Shown here in pieces: positions 40,770 through 50,397 of a DNA stretch of 64,000 bases. The position numbers were made by a program, and so were the translations under genes. The stretch's first letter is position 1. Each line of letters opens with the position of its first letter. Origin of the DNA: an uncultured bacterium. Lineage in GTDB: Bacteria > Actinomycetota > Acidimicrobiia > Spongiisociales > ZC4RG35. The DNA lies in assembly GCA_963792365.1 (NCBI GenBank), contig CAWBVW010000001.1:912592-976591 (forward strand), given 5' to 3'. The notes under the pieces were generated by a model. The model saw only the letters and a program-made list of their open reading frames with translations, was not told the DNA's origin and did not search any database.

Positions 40770-41544
40770 CCTATCGGGAGTACCGACGACCCGACCCCGG
40801 CCGAAGGACCCGACTTGGCCGATCCGGCTTGGACGCGGCCGAGCGCATCACGGGGGTCGAGAGAATCTCCATGTACCCGTCGGATCCATGCGCCCGGATC
40901 CGGCACCCGTCTTTGATGAGCGTTGTGCCGTCCTGGCGGAGACGGTGAGGCCGGCGAGCGCTCGGTCCGGCAGGTCGTCCCGTCGATATTCGCCGGTGAG
41001 CCCTTCGCCATCCGAGGTGAGCACTCGGGGGGCGCGAGGGACAGATACGACTTGAACTCGGCCTTTGCGCCGACGGATGAGCTCCTCGTCGACGCGCTTC
41101 GTTTCGATGACATGCGGAGTTCATGGAACGAGAGGTAATAGATGTCTTCCCGGTCGTCGAGCACGCCGACTCGCACGAGCCTGTTGGCCTCCGCCAGAAG
41201 CGCGGGCTTGTAGATGGCGTATCCACTGACCATGCCGAACTTCGGATACTCCCTGCACCCGATGAACGTTCGGACGCTGTCGATCATCGGTTTGGTCTCC
41301 TCCGCATTCGGATCGGCGATCACCCGCCCGCACCGGCGAACCATCGATTCCGAGGTCGGAAGGGAACGATCCGGTCCACGACGTTCCAACAGAGCATGTT
41401 CGTGATCGGGATGTGAACGCAGGTCATCACCGTCGCCAGGGGTGTGCGACGGGGATCGAGAGGGGAGCGGCCCAAGGTCGCTCCCCTCTCTTCGAAGAGA
41501 TGCGCACGGAGGTCGAGCCGCCTGTGGACCGGTGCGGTCGGGGA

Positions 41545-42992
41545 TCAGATCGCCATGGCGATCAGCTTCGGGATGAGGAACTCCGCCATTCCCTCGTGCC
41601 CTCCCTCGCGGCCGAATCCGGACTGCTTCATCCCGCCAAACGGTGCGACTTCGGTCATGAACACGCCAGTGTTGACCCCGACCATTCCGTAGTCGAGGGC
41701 CTCTGACACACGCCAGACCCGGGCGTTGTCGCGTGTGTACAGGTAGGCGGCGAGCCCGTACGGCGTGGAGTTGGCCTGCGCGACGACCTCGTCCTCGTCG
41801 GTGAAACCAAACACCGTGGCGACCGGGCCGAAGACCTCTTCAGAGGCGATCGGCATGTCCAGTGTCACACCGGTCAGGACAGTGGGCGTGTAGAACGTGC
41901 CACCGAGCGCATGGGCCGAGCCGCCCGTGACTACCTGGGCGCCACGGTTCCCGCGTCTTCCACCAGGCGCACCACCTTGTCGAAGCCATCGCGGTTGATG
42001 AGCGGCCCAACATCGGTCGTGTCGTCGGTTCCGGCCCCGACCCGCAGATCCTGGGCCGCGGCGGACAGCCGATCGGAGAACTCGTCGAGCACCGCATGGT
42101 GCACGTAGATCCGATTGGCGCAGATGCAGGTCTGGCCGCCGTTTCGGTACTTGCAGATCATCGCTCCGGCCACCGCCGCATCGAGGTCGGCGTCGTCGAA
42201 AACGATGAATGGGGCGTTGCCGCCGAGCTCGAGACTGAGCTTCTTCACGGTGTCCGAACTCTGTTTCATCAACAGCCGCCCGACTTCGGTCGATCCTGTG
42301 AACGAGACCTTGCGAACACCGGGGTTGGTGGTCAGCTCGAGACCCACCGGGGCCGGATCGGCGGCCGTCACCACGTTGAAGATCCCCGGGGGGATCTCGG
42401 CCCGATGCGCGAGCTCTGCCATGGCGAGCGCCGACAACGGTGTTTCCTCCGCCGGCTTGACGATCACCGGGCACCCTGCTGCCAGCGCCGGCGCCACCTT
42501 GCGAGCGATGGTCGAGAACGGAAAGTTCCACGGGGTGATCGACACCGCCACCCCGATCGGCTGTGGAACGACGACCAGGCGCATTCCCGGCACATGGCCG
42601 GGGATCACCTCACCGTACGCCCGCTTCGCCTCCTCCGAGTACCACTCGATGTAGTCGGCCCCGGAGGCCACCTCGCCACGAGCCTCGCGCAGCGGCTTGC
42701 CCATCTCCATGGTGATGATCCGGGCGAGGTCCTCGGCGTGGTCGAGCACGAGTCGATGGAATGCACCAATGACGTGCGACCGCCGCTTGGCAGTGAGCGC
42801 CCGCCACGCGGGCCATGCCCTCTCCGCCGACGAGACGGCCTGGCGGGCGAGGTCGGGTCCGGCGTCGGCTACCGAGTTGATCCGCTCGCCGGTGGCGGGA
42901 TCGGTCACCTCGAACCGCGCCTCTGTACCGACCCACGTCCCATCGACGTAGCAGTCCTTCCGGAGCAGGCCGGGGTCGTCGAGCGTGATCAT
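41545..42992 (-). CDS. NAD(P)-dependent aldehyde dehydrogenase (succinate-semialdehyde dehydrogenase-like), apparent frameshift near 41931
   Basis: N-terminal two-thirds in the tail of ORF 41931..43847 (..ITPWNFPFSTIARKVAPALAAGCPVIVKPAEETP..LELGGNAP..); C-terminal third in ORF 41545..42531 (..EEVFGPV..GVNTGV..PFGGMKQSGFGREGG). Confidence 0.75.
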
Positions 42993-43840
42993 CGGCTCAT
43001 CTCCTTCTGCAGGATCTCCATGATCGCAGCGATGTCGGACGCTCCCAGACCGGCCGCCTCCGCGGCCAGCATGATGTCGGCCGCCCGGCCCGTCACAGAG
43101 CCGGCAGGCCTTCGTTCCTCCGCCAGCCGCAGGTCCTTGCTCATGAGGCCGACGGTGAAGAGCGGCTGATAGTCGCGCGCCGCCATGGGGCCGGCCTTGT
43201 AGTCGAGCAGGCGAGGGACGGCGCCAGAGCGAAGGAGATCGAGGCTCGACGGGACATCGAGTCCCGCCTGTTCCATCTCGATGATGGCCTCGCCGATCGC
43301 CACCACATGAGTGGTGAGCAGACGATTGGTGATCAGCTTCATCTCCAGCCCCTTTCCGTTGGGGCCCATGTGGGTGACGGTCGCAGCGAAAGCCTGGAGG
43401 AGCGGGCGGATCCGATCGAGAGCTTCGGCAGAGCCTCCCACCATGATCGCCAACGTCCCGGCCTCGGCGTGGATCGAGGTGCCGCTCACCGGGGCGTCGA
43501 GGAAGTGGATGCCGGCGCGGCGCGCGGCGTCGGCGACTTCGACAGATCCCTCGACCGAGATCGTCGACAGATCCACACACACCGAGCCGGGGTCGAGGAT
43601 CGAAAGGAGCGTGCCCACGTACACGTCGTGCACATCGCTTGTCGTCGGGAGCGATGACATCACCACCGAACACCCGGAGAGATCCTTCAACGATCCGACG
43701 GCGGTCACGCCCCTGGACTCCATCCTGGTTCGTGCCTCCTCCGACAGGTCGGTGGCAAGAACCGAATGGCCCGCCTGGTGGAGACGGTTCGCCAGGTGGT
43801 AGCCCATCCGTCCGAGCCCCACGAACCCGACCTCGCTCAT
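42989..43840 (-). CDS. NAD(P)-dependent oxidoreductase, 3-hydroxyisobutyrate dehydrogenase family
   Basis: N-terminal Rossmann VGFVGLGRMGYHLANRL and 6-phosphogluconate-dehydrogenase-like C-terminal domain. Confidence 0.85.
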   Translation of the reverse strand: MSEVGFVGLGRMGYHLANRLHQAGHSVLATDLSEEARTRMESRGVTAVGSLKDLSGCSVVMSSLPTTSDVHDVYVGTLLSILDPGSVCVDLSTISVEGSVEVADAARRAGIHFLDAPVSGTSIHAEAGTLAIMVGGSAEALDRIRPLLQAFAATVTHMGPNGKGLEMKLITNRLLTTHVVAIGEAIIEMEQAGLDVPSSLDLLRSGAVPRLLDYKAGPMAARDYQPLFTVGLMSKDLRLAEERRPAGSVTGRAADIMLAAEAAGLGASDIAAIMEILQKEMSR

Positions 43841-43856
43841 GCTGCACTCCTGTGTC

Positions 43857-44477
43857 TCACGCCGTCACCCCTTCCACATCTACCCCACCGGCTTCGGCCA
43901 CTCCGAGCCCGGCCCGCAAGGCGACAATTCGCTGCGCGTGGTCGGTGTGGGCAACGGGAGGCAGCGGTTGCGAATTGTGTACCGGGATCACAACAAAATG
44001 CGGACCCTGCTCCGACAACACCTCGGGAAGCCGGAGATCGATGTCATCGAGGGTCTCCCACCGTTCCACGCGACCCGAGCCCTCCCTGCCGCCGCCCTCG
44101 ATCCCGGCGGCGCGGGCCAAGCCCACGAAGTCGACCAGCGGTGGCAGCGGCTGGCCGCCCACCATCTCGTAGGTCCGGTTCTCGAGCAGGAGCACGACCA
44201 GGTTGGGAGGTCCGTACCGACCCAGCGTCACAAGCGAGCCGAGGCTCATGAGCAACCCGCCGTCGCCTTTCCACACGATCACCTTGCGTTCGGGTCGGGC
44301 CAGGGCGAGGCCGAGGCCGAAGTCCGAGGCGTGGCCCATCCCGAAGGCGAGGAAGTCGAAGTCGAGGGCATGCTGTGACACGAGAGGCCACTGAAGGGTG
44401 GCGGTCATCGTGGTCACCACCACCTCGTCGGTGCGCAGCGCGGCCACCCCCCGGAACAGGTCCATGCGCTCGATCAT
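43857..44477 (-). CDS. TPP-dependent decarboxylase beta subunit (sulfopyruvate/phosphonopyruvate decarboxylase ComE-like)
   Basis: TPP-binding motif region GDGGLLMSLGSLVTL...NLVVLLLENRTYEM. Confidence 0.75.
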   Translation of the reverse strand: MIERMDLFRGVAALRTDEVVVTTMTATLQWPLVSQHALDFDFLAFGMGHASDFGLGLALARPERKVIVWKGDGGLLMSLGSLVTLGRYGPPNLVVLLLENRTYEMVGGQPLPPLVDFVGLARAAGIEGGGREGSGRVERWETLDDIDLRLPEVLSEQGPHFVVIPVHNSQPLPPVAHTDHAQRIVALRAGLGVAEAGGVDVEGVTA

Positions 44478-44992
44478 GGCTCGAACCGCCGCGCCACGAG
44501 TACGGCCGCCGGCCGACTCGTCTGCTCAGCCACGGCGTCCATGCGCTCGATCGCGTCGAGGTCGTCACTGCCAGCGAGTATCTCGTAAGGAACGCCCCAC
44601 GCCTCGAGGAGAGGCTCTGTGTAGGTGTAGGCCGAATCGATCGGGAGCTTGCCGGCATCCGCGCCGGCGAAGCCTCGCCAGCCGACCAGCATCCGCAACG
44701 GAACGCTGGGGCCGACCCCACATCCCCTGAGCGCGTCGCCCGCCTCCATCAGCCCCGTGTTCTGGATCAGGAGGAGAGGTTTGGCCCCTCCCACCCACAG
44801 TCCGGCGGCGATGGCGATCGACTCGCCTTCCCGACACGGCACGACGAGTTCGAGGTCGGGATCGTGCTCTACAGCGGCATGGAGCAGGCGGCTCTCGGAG
44901 TCGGGAATCGACAGCACGTGGGTGAAGCCGAGTCTGCGGATCACGCCGAGTGCGGCCTTGGCGCTCGGTCCGACTGTCATTCCTCGAACCAC
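44474..44992 (-). CDS. TPP-dependent decarboxylase alpha subunit (ComD-like, pyrimidine-binding domain)
   Basis: N-terminal TPP enzyme PYR domain; stop/start overlap with the beta subunit. Confidence 0.75.
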   Translation of the reverse strand: MVRGMTVGPSAKAALGVIRRLGFTHVLSIPDSESRLLHAAVEHDPDLELVVPCREGESIAIAAGLWVGGAKPLLLIQNTGLMEAGDALRGCGVGPSVPLRMLVGWRGFAGADAGKLPIDSAYTYTEPLLEAWGVPYEILAGSDDLDAIERMDAVAEQTSRPAAVLVARRFEP

Positions 44993-45255
44993 TGACGCTC
45001 CCCGCTCGATGGAACGAACGCACGTTGGGCGGCCACAGAGTCCTTTGGGGCGGATGCCGGATCATACATAACCGAAGTGTGCGCCATACGCGGCCGCTCG
45101 CAACCGCTGGTCTCGACGATTGTGGATCGGTGCCACGAAGACCGGCCCGGAGCGCCATGGCGGGTCGGAGGATCCCCGTTTGCCGGGCTCCGATGGGACA
45201 TTCGCCGGTGTGGTTTGGGCGCGACCGGCGCGAGACTGGTCTCGTAATGGTTGGC

Positions 45256-45879
45256 TCGCGGAGATCCGAGGAACATTGGGACGAGGTCTATGGGCAGCGC
45301 TCCGAGAGTCTGGGGTGGTACGAGCCGGATCCGTCAACGCTCGGGCTGGTGACGTCGCATTCCTCTCCCCGGGACTCTGTGATCGACGTCGGTGGTGGTG
45401 ATGGCCGCTTGGTCGACAACCTGCTCGATCTCGGCTACGAGGATGTGACCGCGTTGGATCTGAGCGCAGTGGCACTCGATCGCGCCCGCTCCCGGCTCGG
45501 ATCCCGCGCGGCAGGTGTCGGGTGGATCCACTGCGACGTGACGCTGTTCGAGCCGTACCGGACCTGGGATCTGTGGCACGACCGCGCCGTCTTCCACTTT
45601 CTCGTCGGCGAGGAGCCTCGAGATGCGTATTGCGCGGTGCTGAGACGATCCGTCGAACCGGGCGGCCTGCTCGTCGTGGCTGCGTTCGGTCTGGGTGCGC
45701 CAGAGCGGTGCGCGGGACTCCCTGTTGCTCACTTCGACGCAGACTCGCTGACGGCCGCGTTTGCCCCCCACTTCACACCCATCACTGTCCGCGGCCTTGC
45801 GCCTACACGTTCCGATGAGGGCGACCAACGGCCGTATATCGGCGGCGTCTTCAAACGAACAGGCTCAGTCGGCGACTGA
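45256..45879 (+). CDS. class I SAM-dependent methyltransferase
   Basis: Motif I VIDVGGGDGRLV, acidic residue after beta2 (LDLS); internal start of ORF 44950..45879. Confidence 0.75.
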   Translation, partial: SRRSEEHWDEVYGQRSESLGWYEPDPSTLGLVTSHSSPRDSVIDVGGGDGRLVDNLLDLGYEDVTALDLSAVALDRARSRLGSRAAGVGWIHCDVTLFEPYRTWDLWHDRAVFHFLVGEEPRDAYCAVLRRSVEPGGLLVVAAFGLGAPERCAGLPVAHFDADSLTAAFAPHFTPITVRGLAPTRSDEGDQRPYIGGVFKRTGSVGD

Positions 45880-46194
45880 GCTCGAACCCCCAGAAGATCG
45901 GTATCCGGAAACGAGCTTGGTCACGGCGCCAAAATTCATGACCCACCCGACACCAAACGCCCTGCTCGACACGATGGGGCCGTCCGGGTTCCAGTAGGCC
46001 TCACGAATCCGTTCAAATGACGGCTTCCGGAAGTCATAGGGAACAAAGCCGGCGACTTTGCCATGCCAGGTTCGTTCGTCGGCCGGCTTCCGTAACTCCT
46101 GGATGACCGCAGCCACACCGAGGCCCGCAAGCACCAGCTTCCAGAGATCCTTCAAGTTCGGGCCTTTTCGCTGCTCTGCGCTCTTGTGTGCCAT
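45865..46194 (-). CDS. small membrane protein of unknown function
   Basis: MAHKSAEQRKGPNLKDLWKLVLAGLGVAAVIQEL... contains one TM helix; ORF 45865..46425 with probable internal start. Confidence 0.45.
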   Translation of the reverse strand: MAHKSAEQRKGPNLKDLWKLVLAGLGVAAVIQELRKPADERTWHGKVAGFVPYDFRKPSFERIREAYWNPDGPIVSSRAFGVGWVMNFGAVTKLVSGYRSSGGSSSVAD

Positions 46195-46284
46195 GTACTG
46201 GAGCGTACCCCTGATCGGAAACAGTGGATCGGGCCATTCTTCGGCAACCCCAACCGAAGGCCCCCGGAGCGTCGCGCGGCCAGA

Positions 46285-46600
46285 GAGTGTCCCCCGAAGG
46301 AGTCCTGTCGCGCGACCGTGCGACACAGGTGCCTTCCCTTGACTGTCGTCGCCGGTCGCGTGCGGCGACCTAACCGAGTTTGCTGCGCAAACTCGACCCA
46401 ACACCACACGAGCCGTGGGACCCAATCGGCGCTCCGCTGGTCAACCGTGAGGTGTTTCCTGAGATTGTGTACCCCCGGCGGTGTCCTGTCGCGGGGGTTG
46501 CGAAAGGACACCGAAGGGGCGACAGGCTGTCGGGAGGCAGCCAGGGGGAATCCGCACCTGAAGCGTCGCATCAAGACGCGACAGGACACTCCGTCTCAAA
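46285..46600. repeat. copy 2 of the conserved intergenic element (expanded spacing), in the divergent intergenic region upstream of the 46658 methyltransferase
   Basis: Same three conserved blocks as 36690-36880 with 40-nt insertions between them; extra GTCCTGTCGCG / CGCGACAGGAC motif copies. Confidence 0.6.
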
Positions 46601-46657
46601 CCGCGGCAATCACCACGATGTGTCGTCATACGCGTTTGCCTTGACCACAATCTGCAG

Positions 46658-47206
46658 ATGGATGAGTCACCGTGGTCCAGGCTTCGCAGTGAGATCTATG
46701 CGTTCTTCGGACGCAATCCGAGGTCGAATCGAGACCTGCCATCGACTGCCGATCTCGGCGAATCGCAGGTGGTGCTCGACATCGGCTGTGGACCGGGGGC
46801 GGCGGTCCGGGCGGCGGCACCGTTCGTGTCGCGAGCGGTCGGGACCGACCGCAGCACAGCGATGGTGGAGATCGCCAAGCGTCGGTCAAGAGACGTCGCG
46901 AACGTCGAGTTCGCGGTGGGCGGCGCGGAGCAGCTTCCGTTCCCAGACGAGACCTTCGACAGGGTCTGGACGATCCACTCGTTTCACCACTGGGAGGACA
47001 AGACACGAGGGATGGGCGAGGCCCTCCGCGTTCTGCGGCCGGGGGGCCGACTCTTGATCGTCGAGAGCGAAACCAAGGGTTCACACGGTTTCGACAGAGC
47101 CGAGGCCGAGGAGGTCGCCGCCGAGCTCCGGGCGATCGGATTCGACGAGGCCGCGGTGTCGAAGCCACATCGACAGCTCGTCGTCACAGGTGTCCTCAAA
47201 CCCTGA
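46658..47206 (+). CDS. class I SAM-dependent methyltransferase
   Basis: Motif I VLDIGCGPGAAV; motif post-I, II and III conserved. Confidence 0.85.
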   Translation: MDESPWSRLRSEIYAFFGRNPRSNRDLPSTADLGESQVVLDIGCGPGAAVRAAAPFVSRAVGTDRSTAMVEIAKRRSRDVANVEFAVGGAEQLPFPDETFDRVWTIHSFHHWEDKTRGMGEALRVLRPGGRLLIVESETKGSHGFDRAEAEEVAAELRAIGFDEAAVSKPHRQLVVTGVLKP

Positions 47207-47216
47207 GCCGGCGCGA

Positions 47217-48206
47217 TCACGGGCGTGGTGGTGTTTCCCAGTCCTGACCCCACCAGCTCCGCCGCCCTCGGGGCTTGCCGAAGCTGGCCGGCCACGGTTC
47301 GCCCGCCAGTTCACCGGCCTCATCGCGGCCCGCCAGCTCGAGGAGTGGCGCGAGGTCGAAAGCGACGTCGTCGATCGGCTCCATCAGGTCACCCACAGCC
47401 TCGTACCGCTGCGCAAAGGAGTCCATCGGGAAGTCGGAGAGCTGAGCGTCTGGAACCTCGTCCCAGCGCAGCGGCGCCGAGACCCATCCGGTTGGACGTA
47501 CCGAGTAGGCGCTTGCAACCGTCCGATCCCTGCTGTTCTGGTTGTAGTCGATGAACACTCCGTGCCGGTTCTCCTTCCACCATTCGGTGGTGACCAGATC
47601 GGGCCGGCGACGTGCCACCTCCCGCCCGAACGCCAGCGCCGCACGCCGTACGTCGAGGAACGAGTATCGCGGCTCGATCCGGACGTAGATGTGTATGCCC
47701 TTGGATCCTGAGGTCTTGGGGTACCCCGTCAGATCGTGATCATGGAGCACCTCGTCGACGAGCAGAGCTGTCGCCTGGACGTCGGACCACGTTGCCTCTG
47801 GTGTTGGGTCGAGGTCGATGCGGAGTTCGTCGGGAGACTCCACGTGCTCGACCCTGGTGGGCCAGGGGTTCAGATCCACGCAGTTGAGCTGTGCCATCCA
47901 GATCACGTCGTACGGCGTGCGCGGCACGAAATATCCAGCGGTGCGCCCGGAGGGAAACTCCACAAAGTGTCGTTCCGACGCAGTCTTCGGTGCCCGCTTC
48001 TGAAAAAACGGCGTCTCCCCCACGCCTTTCGGCCAGCGCTTCAACATCGTCGGCCGGCCGAACACGCCTGCGAGCGCACCGTCGACACAGGTCAGGAAGT
48101 GCTCCACCACGTCCAGCTTCGTCCACCCCTGCTCGGGGAACATCACCTTGCCCGGATGGGTGATCGTGATCTCTTCGCCGGCGACCTCTACGGTGACCTC
48201 GTCCAT
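47217..48206 (-). CDS. stand-alone NHEJ LigD polymerase/primase domain protein (PolDom)
   Basis: 329 aa; ITHPGKVMFPEQGWTKLDV.. N-terminus and catalytic SGSKGIHIY region typical of LigD_Pol/archaeo-eukaryotic primase-like domains. Confidence 0.85.
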   Translation of the reverse strand: MDEVTVEVAGEEITITHPGKVMFPEQGWTKLDVVEHFLTCVDGALAGVFGRPTMLKRWPKGVGETPFFQKRAPKTASERHFVEFPSGRTAGYFVPRTPYDVIWMAQLNCVDLNPWPTRVEHVESPDELRIDLDPTPEATWSDVQATALLVDEVLHDHDLTGYPKTSGSKGIHIYVRIEPRYSFLDVRRAALAFGREVARRRPDLVTTEWWKENRHGVFIDYNQNSRDRTVASAYSVRPTGWVSAPLRWDEVPDAQLSDFPMDSFAQRYEAVGDLMEPIDDVAFDLAPLLELAGRDEAGELAGEPWPASFGKPRGRRSWWGQDWETPPRP

Positions 48207-48228
48207 GTTCCGATCTAGCGATCAGGAC

Positions 48229-50088
48229 TTAGGGCAGCTCGATTCGGATCATACTGATGGTCGTGGATTCCTCATCGCCATCGTCGAACTTGATGTGGAT
48301 CGATTCGCCCTCGCGTCGATCCACCTGACCTGGGTAGTAACTGTCGAGACCCCCGTAGCGGGCGGACACGCGAGTTCCGACGCCGATCTCAATGGGAGCC
48401 AGCTCCTCTTGGCTCACCAGCGACTCGTCGCCGTCGTCGAACCTGACGTCGTAGTCATCGCCGTCCATCCCGACGATGGTGCCCGGGTAGTAGAAGGAAT
48501 CGTCCCACAGGGCGAAGACCCGCTGCCCGATCCCCCAATCGGCGATCGCACGAGGTGCGGGTGATCGGGCCGGGATGCCGTGTCGCTCCCTGATGAGCGC
48601 CTGGAGTGACTGCAGCAGTGCTGCGGCAGGTTCCGCCTTCAAAGAGTTGTATGACAGGTCATCACCCAACGCAACCTCGTGGGCGCCGGCCTGCTCCACG
48701 CGCAAAGTTGCGAACGTTTCGTAATCCACCTCGTGAGATCCGGTCGATACCGACAGCGAAGCGTTCTTGAACCACATCGAACGAACGCCGAACGCCAACC
48801 CTACCTTCGCCGACCCGAATGCTGTCTCGTCGATCAATCCGAGGATGGGTTCGTCACGGGGAACTCCATAGCGCTCGTAGGCGCTGTCCGTCTTGCGGTC
48901 GGGAATGTCAGGAGCAACGAACAGCGCGTCGGGGAGTTCCGAGAAGCCCAACAGCAAGGCCGTCAGGTCGGCGATCCACGATTCCTCGGTCCCACGAGCA
49001 GCTTCTGCAGCGATCGCCGCTTGCTCGGCTTGGTTGGCCGCGGCCACCTCCTGGGTGCGCCGCGCCGATGCATCTTCCTCAGCCTGGAGTGCCGCGGCCG
49101 CCTGTTGGGCTCGCAGCGTCTCGGCTTCCTGTTCGGCCCGCTGGGCCGCCTCTCTCCGCTCGGCCTCGTGTTCCTTCGCTCTCTCCTGAGCACGGATCGC
49201 TTCCGCCTCTTGCTCCTGCTGCGTCTGCGTGGCAGCAGCCGCATCCCGAGCCGCCTTCTCCGACTCCAGGCGAGCCGCAACCCGCTCCACGAGACCGACG
49301 ACGTCGTCGTCCTTCAGACCGAGCTTCGCCTTACGCTTCTTCAGCTCCTCCTGCGTCTTCTGATCGAAGGGCAGTCCAACATCGTTGATCGCAAACTCGA
49401 GCTCGGCTTCGTACGCCCTGATCTTCTCGAGCTCGGCATCGTGCCGTCTCATCTCGTTGTCTTCGATCTCTTTGGCGACCTTCTCTGAGAGCCCGAGGCG
49501 CGTCCGTTCCTCTTCGAGGCTTCGCCGCTCATAGGGACTGATCACGTCGTCATCGGACAATGCTTCGGCAACGCGCATGCGATAGTCGGCCTCGTCGGCG
49601 CGCCGCTGCTCGTGTTCACGCTCGATTTCCTCGACGACTTCTTCCAATTCCTTGGCGACGGCGCGTATGGCAGCATCTTCATTCGGCCAGTAGTTGTCTT
49701 CGGCTCCGATGTTGGCGACCCACCGCTCGAACCGAGGGATTGCGTGGATGTTCTCGATCCCGAACAGCTTCTTCCATGTCGTTTCGCGCAACAACACGGG
49801 GATGATTCGAGGTGGAAACTCCTCCTCCTGCACGCGCTTCAGAGCGGCTGGGAGTTCCTGTGTCGTGACAAAATCGGATGTGAGGAAGTCACGGCTGATC
49901 AGCAGCAGGATGATATCCGCAGATGCGAGGGCTTCCTCGATCTCGCTCTGCCACGCATCGCCAGGCTTGATCTCACGATCGGCCCAAACGGTGATGCCGA
50001 GGAGTAGGAGCTCGGCTGTGATCTTGCGCTGCCACTCATAGTCCACGTGCGAGTAAGACAGAAAGATCCTGAGCGATTCGTGCGCCAT
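48229..50088 (-). CDS. TIR domain protein with long coiled-coil and C-terminal tandem Tudor/Agenet-like repeats
   Basis: TIR_2 signature RIFLSYSHVDYEWQRKITAELLLLGITVWADREIKPGDAWQSEIEEALASADIILLLISRDFLTSDFVTTQEL; about 230-aa E/R/A-rich coiled coil; two repeats GxRVxA.....YYPGxI........IKFDDGDE. Confidence 0.8.
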   Translation of the reverse strand: MAHESLRIFLSYSHVDYEWQRKITAELLLLGITVWADREIKPGDAWQSEIEEALASADIILLLISRDFLTSDFVTTQELPAALKRVQEEEFPPRIIPVLLRETTWKKLFGIENIHAIPRFERWVANIGAEDNYWPNEDAAIRAVAKELEEVVEEIEREHEQRRADEADYRMRVAEALSDDDVISPYERRSLEEERTRLGLSEKVAKEIEDNEMRRHDAELEKIRAYEAELEFAINDVGLPFDQKTQEELKKRKAKLGLKDDDVVGLVERVAARLESEKAARDAAAATQTQQEQEAEAIRAQERAKEHEAERREAAQRAEQEAETLRAQQAAAALQAEEDASARRTQEVAAANQAEQAAIAAEAARGTEESWIADLTALLLGFSELPDALFVAPDIPDRKTDSAYERYGVPRDEPILGLIDETAFGSAKVGLAFGVRSMWFKNASLSVSTGSHEVDYETFATLRVEQAGAHEVALGDDLSYNSLKAEPAAALLQSLQALIRERHGIPARSPAPRAIADWGIGQRVFALWDDSFYYPGTIVGMDGDDYDVRFDDGDESLVSQEELAPIEIGVGTRVSARYGGLDSYYPGQVDRREGESIHIKFDDGDEESTTISMIRIELP

Positions 50089-50397
50089 TCTGAGCCTCTG
50101 ATGGGTTGCCTGCGGAGCGCGCGTTTCAGCACGAGCCTTGTCGGCGACTCTACAGCTCGACACTCATCCGCGCCCCCGAGCCTCACGTATGACTTTCGAT
50201 CGAGTGGGTCCAATGCTCGAGGAGACGCCTGGGCTCGAGCGGCCTCTGCGCTAGATCCGCGGTCGGTCTGTCTCTGGCATTCACATCTATTCGGTGAAGT
50301 CGTGCCGGGAAATGGACGGGACCAGGCGGAGGTCTTCGCAACGGTCTGCATGAGAAGGTGGTGCCATCCAAGTTGGCGGGGTCGAACGCGGCCGGCG

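Noticed and set aside
40766-41389. 207-aa minus-strand ORF with a short stretch resembling a PEP-utilising enzyme N-domain (..LVRVGVLDDREDIYYLSFHEL..)
   Set aside because: Similarity is limited to about 30 residues inside a low-complexity ORF; possibly a gene fragment but not supportable
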